A stretch of DNA of 64,000 nt from an uncultured Bacillota bacterium (lineage in GTDB: Bacteria > Sysuimicrobiota > Sysuimicrobiia > Sysuimicrobiales > Segetimicrobiaceae). Each line of letters begins with the position of its first letter. The stretch's first letter is position 1. The notes under the pieces were generated by a model. That model did no database searches, had not been told where the DNA came from, and saw only the letters and a program-made list of their open reading frames with translations. The stretch is taken from the NCBI GenBank assembly GCA_963804645.1, contig CAWDRG010000017.1, positions 672,001 to 736,000 of the forward strand, in the 5' to 3' direction. Shown here piece by piece: positions 51,217 to 59,798 of this stretch. Both the position numbers and the translations under genes were made by a program.

Positions 51217-51474
51217 GCGCTCGGCCCCCCTGCCCGCGTTGTGGGTCGGATCTCGATCGAGGTCGTACACCGTGCCGCTGGAGAGCCGTGCTTCGTCCCG
51301 GGAGGAGAGATCCCCTCCAGCCCCTAACAGTACCCCGTCGCGCGGCGCGCACCGGTGCGTCACGTGCGCCCGCCGCACACCAACGGGTTGATCCCGCGTA
51401 GGGAGTACCGTGCCGAGCACCGCATCCAGGTCGATGATGAACCGGACCGACGTCTGTCGCGTCTCGGCGGCCGC

Positions 51475-52461
51475 ATGAGCGAATCCCAGACGCTGGTGCT
51501 GTCGGCGGCCGACGTCCACGCGTGCCTCGATCCCGCGGCGGTCCCCGCGACGGTCGAAGCGACGCTCCGCGCGCTGGCGGAGGGCGCCGCGGACGCCGCC
51601 CCCCGCTCGTTTCTGCCCGTGGGAGACGGCGCCTTCATCGCGATGCCTGGGCACCTCCGCAGTCGACGGATCGCCGGCGTCAAGTGGGCCTCCACGCTCA
51701 ACGGCAATCCGGAGCGAGGGCTGCCGAAGGTCCGCGCGGCCGTCCTGCTCTGCGACGCGGAGACCGGACAGCTCGGCGCGATCCTCGACGCCAGGGAGAT
51801 CACCGCGCTCAGGACCGGAGCGCTCGCGGCGGTCGCCGCGAAATACTGCGCCCGCACCGGGGCCGCCGTCGCGGCGATCATCGGCTTCGGCGCGGTGGGC
51901 AAGGGCGCCCTGCGGGCGCTCGTCGAGATGTGCTCTCTGCGGGAGATCCGGGTATTCGGGCCGCGGCGCGAGGCGGTGGCCGCCGATGCCGCGGAGGCGG
52001 CCGCCGCCTCGGGGGTCCCGGTGGTACCGGCGGCGTCGATTCGGGACGCCGTCCGCGACGCCGACATCGTGGTGACGGCCGCCGGGCTCCGCGCGGACGC
52101 CCCGTTTCTCGAGGACGCCTGGATCCGCCCGGGGACGGTCGTGTGCGGCCTCGGGTCGTACCAGGAGGTCGACGGCGCACTGGTGACGCGCGCCGACAAG
52201 CTCGTGGTCGACGACTGGGACGCCAGCGCGCACCGGGGGCAGTTCGCTCCGCTGGTCGCCGCGGGGCGCCTGCGGCGGGAAGACGTGTACGCGGAACTGC
52301 CGGAGATCGTCTGCGGAGCGAAGCGCGGCCGATCGTCCGAGCGCGAGATCATCGTCGCGAGCCTGCTCGGGCGCGGGGTGTTCGATCTCGCGATCGCCGC
52401 CGATATCGTCGAGCAGGCGCGGCGCCTTGGCGTCGGGCAGCACGTCGGCATCGAATCGTGA
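51475..52461 (+). CDS. Ornithine cyclodeaminase/mu-crystallin family protein
   Basis: IAMP, GVKW, ITALRTGA, GFGAVG, GRGVFD. Confidence 0.9.
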   Translation: MSESQTLVLSAADVHACLDPAAVPATVEATLRALAEGAADAAPRSFLPVGDGAFIAMPGHLRSRRIAGVKWASTLNGNPERGLPKVRAAVLLCDAETGQLGAILDAREITALRTGALAAVAAKYCARTGAAVAAIIGFGAVGKGALRALVEMCSLREIRVFGPRREAVAADAAEAAAASGVPVVPAASIRDAVRDADIVVTAAGLRADAPFLEDAWIRPGTVVCGLGSYQEVDGALVTRADKLVVDDWDASAHRGQFAPLVAAGRLRREDVYAELPEIVCGAKRGRSSEREIIVASLLGRGVFDLAIAADIVEQARRLGVGQHVGIES

Positions 52462-52468
52462 CCGGCAC

Positions 52469-53710
52469 ATGAGCGGTTCCCGGCAGGTCACGATCATCGG
52501 CGGCGGCATCGTCGGGATCTGCTGTGCGCTCGCGCTGCGGCGCGACGGCCACGCGGTCACCGTGCTCGACCCCACCCCGGGGGACGGCGCGTCGAAGAGC
52601 AACGCCGGATTCATCTCCTCCGGGAGCTGCGTCCCGATCGCCACCCCCGGCATCGTACAGCGCGTGCCCAAGATGCTGCTGGATCCGCTGGCTCCACTCG
52701 CCATCCGCTGGAGCTATCTGCCGTGGATCGCGCCGTGGCTCGTCCGATTCGTGCGGGCCAGCGCGCCCGCGCGCGTCGAGGCGGCGTCCGTCGCGCTCAA
52801 CGAACTCACCGCCATCGCGCGGGACTGCTACGCGTCGCTCACCGCGGGGACCCCGGCCGCCGAGCACATCCGCACGGGCGGCGTGCTCTACGTCTACCAG
52901 AGCGACGCGTCTTTCGCGGGCGCCGAGTGGGGGTTGGAACTGCGCCGGCGGCGCGGGGTGCGGTTCGAGCTGCTGCACGGAGCCGAGGTCCGCGACCTGG
53001 AGCCCGCCTTGGCCCCGTCCGTGCGCCACGCGGTGTTCTACCGCGAGACGAAGTTCGCCCCGGATCCACGCGCGCTCGTGCTGGCCCTCGCCGAGGAGTT
53101 CACGCGCCTCGGCGGCACCGTGGTCAGGGAAGCCGTGACCGACGTGACGGTCCGCCCGGACGGCCCGCACGCGGTCGACACCACCGGAGGCCGGCGCGAG
53201 GCCGAGGTCGTGGTGTTGGCGGCCGGCGCCTGGTCGCGCCGCCTCGCGGCGCGTCTCGGCGCCCGCGTGCCGCTGGACACGGAGCGCGGGTACGTCGCCA
53301 TGCTCCCCCACCCCGGCGCTCCTCCGCGGCTTCCCGTCCTCTCGGGTGACTACAGCTTCGCGATCACCCCGACGGACGCGGGACTCCGCCTGTCCGGCAC
53401 GGTCGAGCTGGCGGGCCTGCAGGCACCGCCGAACTACGCCCGCGCCCGAAAGCTGATCGACGGAGCGATGCGGGTGCTGGGCTCCATCGATCCCACGGAC
53501 GCCACCTACGCGATGGCATTCCGCCCGTCGATGCCGGATTCACTGCCGGTCATCGGCCCCTCGCCCCGCTGTCCTTCGGTGTTCTTCGCCTTCGGGCACG
53601 GCCACATCGGGTTGACGTGCGGTGCGGTCACGGGCCAGCTGGTGGCGGAGATGGTCGGCGGACGGCCGACCACGATCGACGTCGCGCCGTTTCGGGCGGA
53701 TCGGTTCTAG
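52469..53710 (+). CDS. D-amino acid dehydrogenase-like FAD oxidoreductase (DadA family)
   Basis: IGGGIVG, GASKSNAG, ERGY, RPSMPDSLPVIG, FGHGHIGLT. Confidence 0.9.
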   Translation: MSGSRQVTIIGGGIVGICCALALRRDGHAVTVLDPTPGDGASKSNAGFISSGSCVPIATPGIVQRVPKMLLDPLAPLAIRWSYLPWIAPWLVRFVRASAPARVEAASVALNELTAIARDCYASLTAGTPAAEHIRTGGVLYVYQSDASFAGAEWGLELRRRRGVRFELLHGAEVRDLEPALAPSVRHAVFYRETKFAPDPRALVLALAEEFTRLGGTVVREAVTDVTVRPDGPHAVDTTGGRREAEVVVLAAGAWSRRLAARLGARVPLDTERGYVAMLPHPGAPPRLPVLSGDYSFAITPTDAGLRLSGTVELAGLQAPPNYARARKLIDGAMRVLGSIDPTDATYAMAFRPSMPDSLPVIGPSPRCPSVFFAFGHGHIGLTCGAVTGQLVAEMVGGRPTTIDVAPFRADRF

Positions 53711-53740
53711 GCGGCGTTCCACCCCGTTCGGAGACCCCGG

Positions 53741-54829
53741 CTACACGCTCCCCTGCGCGGCGAGACGGGCCAGCCGCGCGCGCCAGGCCGGCAGCACGTC
53801 GGGGTTGCTCAGGTACAGCGGCGGCTCACCCGCCAGCCCGCGCGCCAGGTTCTCGGCGACGGTGCGGAGGCTCGCGTCGGCCCCCTCGATGCCGTTGCCC
53901 GCGTTGTGCGGTGTGAGGATCAGGCGGTCGCCGCACAGGACGCGCAGCGGACTGTCGGCGGGCAGCGGCTCCGCGGCGAAGACATCCAGCGCCGCGCCGG
54001 CGATCCGCCGGTCGACGAGCGCCCGCGTCAGGGCACCCTCGTCGACCAGGCCGCCCCGCGACATGTTGATCAGAAACGCGGTCGGCTTCATCAGCCGCAG
54101 CTGCGCGTCCCCGATCAAGCCCCGCGTCTCGGGCGAAAGAAACGCGTGCAGCGAGATCACGTCGGACTCGCGCAGCACCGTCTCGAGCGGCACCAGGCGT
54201 CCGCAGGCGGCCTCGATCCGCGACGTGTCCGTGTACGGGTCGGCCACGAGCAGCCGCACCTCCCAGCCCTGCAGCCGGGCGGCCACCGCCGCGCCCACCC
54301 GACCAAACCCGACGAGCCCGACCGTCTTGCCCCGGATCATGCGCCCGTCGTGCGGGCCGCTCCAGCCCGACTCGAGCAGCGAACGCTCCTTCTGCCGAAT
54401 CTGCTTCATCAGCACGCCGAGGCACGCTACCGTCGCTTCGGCGACCCCGAGGTAGTTCTCGGGCTGTGCCGCGAACCCGATCGGGATGCCGAGCTCCGTC
54501 GCGCTCGCCACGTCGATGTTCTCGAGGCCGAGCCACGGGCTGACGAGGACGCGGAGGCGGCCCGCGGCGGCGAGGACGTCACGCGAATAGTTCTCCTGCG
54601 CTGACGTCACGATCGCGTCCATCCGCCCAAACAGCGCGGCGAGCTCCGCGCGCGGGAACTCCATCTGCACCCCGGGCGCCGCGCGCGGCCCGACCGTGAC
54701 GTCGTACCCGGCGGTGCGCAGGTACGCCGCGACCCGCTCGAAGTTGGGCCCGAAGTTGAACACATTGCCGGACAGAAACACCCGGTGCGGTCCGCCGGGC
54801 GGAGCGCTCGGCAGCATCTCGTTGTCCAT
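53741..54829 (-). CDS. D-isomer-specific 2-hydroxyacid dehydrogenase family protein
   Basis: GFGRVG, INMSRG, LDVFAAEP, TPHNAG. Confidence 0.88.
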   Translation of the reverse strand: MDNEMLPSAPPGGPHRVFLSGNVFNFGPNFERVAAYLRTAGYDVTVGPRAAPGVQMEFPRAELAALFGRMDAIVTSAQENYSRDVLAAAGRLRVLVSPWLGLENIDVASATELGIPIGFAAQPENYLGVAEATVACLGVLMKQIRQKERSLLESGWSGPHDGRMIRGKTVGLVGFGRVGAAVAARLQGWEVRLLVADPYTDTSRIEAACGRLVPLETVLRESDVISLHAFLSPETRGLIGDAQLRLMKPTAFLINMSRGGLVDEGALTRALVDRRIAGAALDVFAAEPLPADSPLRVLCGDRLILTPHNAGNGIEGADASLRTVAENLARGLAGEPPLYLSNPDVLPAWRARLARLAAQGSV

Positions 54830-54871
54830 GCGCTGACCCCTTCGCGCCGTCGCCGATCGCGCGGCGCGGCC

Positions 54872-56510
54872 CTATTTGAAGATCGAGAAGTTGATTTCGC
54901 GCGCGGTGATGAACTCGAGCAGCGCCGGCACGCCGTCCTGGGTCTTCCGCACGGCGCGCTGGATCGCCGGCACGATCTCCCCGACCTCGGTGACCCGCTC
55001 CCCGTGTCCGCCGAGGTCTCGCGCGACCGCCGCGTAGTTCCCGGAGATGTTGATGCTGCCGTACTTTTCGGCGGCCACGGGCATGACCGGCAGTTCGATC
55101 GCCATCTGCGAGTTGTTGAACAGCACCGAAAGAATCGGGATGCGCTCGCGCACGGCCGTCTCGAAGTCCATGCCGGTGAAGCCGATCGCGGCGTCGCCCC
55201 ACACGTTGACGCAGAGCTTGTCGGGCGCCTGCAGCTTGGCGCCCATCGCCAGCCCCAGGCCGTACCCGAGTTGGGTCGTCTTGCCCCAGCCGATGTAGGA
55301 GAGCGGGGTCGTGGGCTGCCAGAACGGCGAGATCTGATCGCGCGGGCTTCCGGCGTCGTGGGTGATGATGGTATTCGGCACGTCCAACGTGTGCAGCAGA
55401 TCCCAGATCACGCGGTACGGGGACAGCGGCGTCTCGGTCGAGGTCAGCTTCGGCATCCAGTCCTTCAGCCACGCGGCCCGGGCGTCCGCGATCTCCTTGG
55501 CGGTCCGTGCCGCCACCTCTCGACGAGGCTCGCGCACCCGGTCCTTGACCGCGGCGAGCAGCGCCTCCAGCGTCAACGCGGCGTCGCCGAGGAGAACGTG
55601 GTCGGCCGGCAGATCCTTGCCGACATCCGACGGATCGAGCGTCGCGTGCACGATGACCTTCCCCGCCGGGATCTTGACCCCGTAGACGGTCGTCGCAAAG
55701 CTGCAGCCGATCCCGAAGATCACGTCCGCCCGCTGGAGAAAGTCGTAGACGGGCTTCGGCATCGACGCGGCCGCCCGAGCCGAGCGACAAGGCGTGATCC
55801 TCGGGGAACGCGCTCTTCCCCGCGAGGCTTGTCGTCACCGGCGTCCCGAGCCATTCGGCCAGCTCGCGCAGCGCGGCCCAGGCGCGGGCGTAGTGCACGC
55901 CCTGGCCGGCATAGACGACCGGACGCTTTGCGCCGATCAGCAGCTCCGCGACCCGCTCGACTTCCCGGGGATCCGGCCCCGAGCGGGCGGCCACCACGGG
56001 GCGGTACACGAGCGGCTCCGCCACGTCCTCGGCGGTGACGTCGACCGGAAACTCGACGACGACCGGGCGCGGGCGGCCGTTGCGCACCTGCGAGAACGCG
56101 CGGTACATCGCCGCCGGCGCCTCGCTGCCGAGCAGCACCTGCTCCGACCACTTGCTGATGTGCCGGTAGTTCAGGGCGGCGTTGAAGTTCGGCGCGACGT
56201 TCGTCAGGCGGCGCGCGTAGCCTTCCGGCAGGACCAGGATCGGCACCGAGTCCCCGTACGCCTGCGCGATCCCCCCGAACGAATTCTCCGCGCCCGGCCC
56301 GTGCTGCATCGCGAAGACCCCGATGTGCCGGCCCGACGACGTGCGGCTCACCGCGTCGGCCATGTGCAGGCCGGTCCGCTCCTGGCGCACGATGATCGTG
56401 CGGACGTCCGCGATCGCCGCGGCTTCGATGATCGCGTTCGTGGGATATCCGACGAGAAACTGAACGCCTTCCCGCTTCAGAATCTCTGCAACAATGGCCG
56501 CCACGCGCAT
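54872..56510 (-). pseudogene. Thiamine diphosphate-requiring enzyme (acetolactate synthase-like), one frameshift near 55768
   Basis: RQER, QHGPG, RPRPV in one frame; GDAAIG...NN ThDP motif in another. Confidence 0.83.
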
Positions 56511-56535
56511 CCGTGGGTTCCCCCCGTTTCGTCGG

Positions 56536-57618
56536 TCACCGGACGGTCGCGCCGTCCGCCGGATAGGTTGCCGCGTCCAGCACGGCCAGCTCGTCCACGT
56601 TCGCGAGGCCGCGCTCGCGCCGGCCCTGCTCCAGGTCGTGAATGATCGCGATCAGCCGTTCGTTCAGCGGCAGCGTCAGGCCGTGCGTGCGTCCGATCGC
56701 CACGACCGCGCCCATGTGCTCATCGATCTCCGTCGGCCGGTGCCGTACGGCCAGATCGCGCCACACTCCGCTCCTGGGCTTCAGCGACTTGCGGTTGACG
56801 GCGACCCGTTGGTCGATCACCCGGTTGATGCCCGCCCAGTCTCTGGGCGTGGTGAATCGCATCACGTCCGGATCGTACCCGGCGAAGCCCTCGCACCGCA
56901 CGCCCTCCGCGTCCGAGACGCGCACGATCTCCCCCGCGAGGTTGGCGAGCATCGGCCGGTAGCACGCGGCCGCCATGACGTCCGCCTGCGTCTCGTCGGT
57001 CGTCGCCGTCGCGCACACCATCGCCACGTAGCCGAGCTTCCCCCAGAGGTACCCCCAGATGTTATCCGTGGTCTGCGTGTGCCCGAGAAACGTCGCCCGG
57101 AACAGGGTGCCGAGCGTCTCAAGGCGCGGCGTCATCCGCCCGTCGAGCTCGCCGAGAAAGAACTCCCCGTGCGCGCCGGAAAACAGGAGGCGGCCCGGGT
57201 CCAGGTAGTCGCCGCCAAAATTGACGAACGAGCCGATCGTCCGGTGCGCCCCGACGCGCGCCGCGATCGCCCGCTCGTTCAGCCCATTCTGCAGCGACAC
57301 GACGTAGCTTCCGTCGCCCATGAGCCGCGCCGCGGGCTCCAGCGCGGACACGGTGTGCTGCGCCTTCACCGCGAGCAGGATCACCTCGGGCGTCCGGCCG
57401 CCCAGCGCGCGCTCCAGACCGTCGGGCCGCACCGCCGGAGCGTGCACGGTGAAGTCGGCGGCGCCCTCGAGGTGCAGGCCAGTCGCGTTGATGGCGTCCA
57501 CGTGCTCGGGGCTGCTGTCCACAAACAACACGGGGTAGCCGGCGCGCACGAGGTGCGCCCCTACCGAACCGCCGACCGCGCCGGCGCCGATCACCGTGAA
57601 ATGCATCGTCTGCTGCAT
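56536..57618 (-). CDS. Ketopantoate reductase-family protein (WRD subfamily)
   Basis: GAGAVG, AVKA, LQNG, WGKLGY, SGVWRDLAVRHRPTE. Confidence 0.87.
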   Translation of the reverse strand: MQQTMHFTVIGAGAVGGSVGAHLVRAGYPVLFVDSSPEHVDAINATGLHLEGAADFTVHAPAVRPDGLERALGGRTPEVILLAVKAQHTVSALEPAARLMGDGSYVVSLQNGLNERAIAARVGAHRTIGSFVNFGGDYLDPGRLLFSGAHGEFFLGELDGRMTPRLETLGTLFRATFLGHTQTTDNIWGYLWGKLGYVAMVCATATTDETQADVMAAACYRPMLANLAGEIVRVSDAEGVRCEGFAGYDPDVMRFTTPRDWAGINRVIDQRVAVNRKSLKPRSGVWRDLAVRHRPTEIDEHMGAVVAIGRTHGLTLPLNERLIAIIHDLEQGRRERGLANVDELAVLDAATYPADGATVR

Positions 57619-57931
57619 CGCCCTGGACGCTCTCCTCTCGCGCGCAACTGGGCACGCGCGCAGCCCTCTTGCGTGATGCGCTGCGCGTCGATGCCGTGAT
57701 GGGCACACGAAGCAACCGCCGGCGTGGGTGCGATGGTCCCGAACCCCGGGGACGTACGCGAAACATCCCGCCGATTCCACACCCCGGCCGCGATCTCCTC
57801 CACGACGGCACGCCGTCGCCCCGCCGGCGGACGCACCGGCGTGTCGGCCTCTCGCCCGCAGGGCAAGAGTTCGCAGGGCGCGCGGCTAAGAACACCGCTG
57901 CCGCAGGCCCAACGCACCCGAGGGAGGGGAC

Positions 57932-59023
57932 ATGGGAACCGTCAGCTTGGTGGGGGACGTCATGTTCCGCCAGCCGTTCGCGCGCAGCACCGACGCCGCC
58001 ACCCGGGCGTTTCACGCCGCGCTCGAGGCCATGCGCGAGAGCGACCTCGTGGTGGCAAATCTCGAGATGTGCCTGTCCCGTCGGGGCGCCCCCGTCCCGA
58101 AGCGCACCACGCTGCGTCAGGACCCCGACCTCATTCGCGACGTGCAGGCGATGGGCGTGCACGCGGTCACGCTGGCCAACAACCACATGTACGACTACGG
58201 GCCGGACGCGCTCCTCGACACGGTCGAGGCGTGCCGCGCGGCCGGCCTCGCGTACTGCGGCGCCGGCGCGGATCTGGAGGCCGCCCTCGCGCCCGCCCTC
58301 CTCCGCGCGGGTGAGGTCCCCGTCGCCGTGCTGAACGTCGCGACGACGCTTCCGATCGAGTCCGCAGCGCGGCCCGGCAAGCCCGGCATCGCGCCGATCG
58401 AGGTCACGTACGCGTTCGAGCTCGACATCAACCTGATGGTCGAACAGCCGGGCACCGTGCCGGTCGTGCACACCGAGGTGGTGCCGAAAGACCAGGCTGC
58501 GGTGTGCGACCGCGTCGCGGCGCTGCGCGGCGCCGGCCATACCGTGCTCGTCGCGATTCACTGGGGCGCGGCGGAACGATGGATGTCCCCCCTGCGGGGA
58601 TGGACCGGACCGAATCAATCGAGCCTGAAGCCGCTCGGGGCGCGGTATCTCGCCGACTACCAACGCCCGCTCGGGCACGCGCTGGTGGACGCGGGCGCCG
58701 AGCTCGTGTTCGGCCACCACTCGCACGCGCTGGCGCCGGTCGAGGTGTACCGCGGCAAAGCAATCGTCCACAGCGCCGGGAACTTCCTGTTCGAGACTCC
58801 GACGCCGGTGCTGATGGCGCCGGAGTCCGTGATCGTGCAGGCACACTTCGGCGCTCGCCCCGGCCTCGTCGTCGTCCCCGTGGTCCTGAATCGCCGCGGA
58901 TTCCCGGAGCTGGCGACCGGGGACGAGGCGCAGCGTGTGATCGGCTGGCTTGGGGAGCTGTCGCGGGAGTTCGGGACCGTGTTCGTTCCGGAAGGCGACC
59001 GCGCGCGTCTCGTCCTGGCCTGA
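57932..59023 (+). CDS. CapA family metallophosphoesterase-fold protein, cytoplasmic
   Basis: GD, NLE, ANNHMYDYG, HWG, GHHSH, HSAGNF; no signal peptide. Confidence 0.88.
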   Translation: MGTVSLVGDVMFRQPFARSTDAATRAFHAALEAMRESDLVVANLEMCLSRRGAPVPKRTTLRQDPDLIRDVQAMGVHAVTLANNHMYDYGPDALLDTVEACRAAGLAYCGAGADLEAALAPALLRAGEVPVAVLNVATTLPIESAARPGKPGIAPIEVTYAFELDINLMVEQPGTVPVVHTEVVPKDQAAVCDRVAALRGAGHTVLVAIHWGAAERWMSPLRGWTGPNQSSLKPLGARYLADYQRPLGHALVDAGAELVFGHHSHALAPVEVYRGKAIVHSAGNFLFETPTPVLMAPESVIVQAHFGARPGLVVVPVVLNRRGFPELATGDEAQRVIGWLGELSREFGTVFVPEGDRARLVLA

Positions 59024-59185
59024 GGCGCGACGCCGGTCGGGCGTGGATCGGGATCAGACGATCACGACGCCCTCGTCATGTTCGAGCGCCACGACCGCGC
59101 GCCCCTTCACCTCGCGTCACAGCTCCGCGGGCGGCGGATCCGCACCGCAGGCATCTTAATGAATCTCGCATAGTATAGTTGCGTA

Positions 59186-59249
59186 TTTCGCTGATCGTGA
59201 TCACTGATTTCGCTCGATCGTGATCACCCGTTTCGGTGATCGTGATCGG
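59186..59249 (+). repeat. Three tandem 22-23 bp repeats inside the left IS end
   Basis: Units start at 59186, 59208 and 59231, each TTTCG..GATCGTGATC. Confidence 0.75.
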
Positions 59250-59726
59250 AGCGAAGCGACGATCCCGGAGCAGCGCCGCCAGCAGGCGGCGCGGATGTTC
59301 GCGCGCGGTGATCTCCAAGCGGCCGTCGCCCGCGCGCTGCGGGTCAGCCGGCAAAGCGTGAGCCGCTGGTACGACGCCCTGCAGCGCGGCGGCGCCGCCG
59401 CGTTGCAGGGCGTCGGCCGGGCTGGGTGCAAGCCACGCCTCACCCCGACGCAACTGGCGCACGTCGACCAGGCGCTCCGCGCGGGCACCCGCGCGCACAG
59501 ATTTGCGACGGACCTCTGGACGCTGCCACGGGTCGCGACGGTAATCGAGCGGCGCACGGGGGTGACTTATCATCCGGGCCATGTCTGGCGGGTCCTCCGG
59601 GCGCTCGGCTGGACGCTCCAGCGACCGGCGACACAAGCGCGCGAGCGCAACGCAGCCACGATTCGCGACTGGGTTGCCCACCGCTGGCCGGCGGTAAAAA
59701 AAACTATCGCGGAAACCCCGCGCTAG
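59220..59726 (+). CDS. IS630 transposase OrfA (HTH/winged helix)
   Basis: VARALRVSRQSVSRW, LWTLPRV, YHPGHVWRVL..LGWT.QRP, WPAVKK with an A8 run at 59696-59703. Confidence 0.85.
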   Translation: MITRFGDRDRSEATIPEQRRQQAARMFARGDLQAAVARALRVSRQSVSRWYDALQRGGAAALQGVGRAGCKPRLTPTQLAHVDQALRAGTRAHRFATDLWTLPRVATVIERRTGVTYHPGHVWRVLRALGWTLQRPATQARERNAATIRDWVAHRWPAVKKTIAETPR

Positions 59727-59798
59727 CAAGTTGTCAGCGCCTACGCCCGCTCATCCGTCGGTAGGAGGCGGTCGGCTGGCTCCCGAACCCACGGTCTG

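Noticed and set aside
49672..52704. 1010-aa ORF (likewise 19806..22259, 11996..14284, 48388..51327)
   Set aside because: Stop-free extensions or shadow frames overlapping well-supported genes
59040..59156. Gene remnant disrupted by the IS
   Set aside because: Short minus-strand frames show no recognisable motif; the reconstructed empty site makes this intergenic DNA between convergent genes
59186..59249. Mini CRISPR array
   Set aside because: Units are near-contiguous with no spacers and no cas genes
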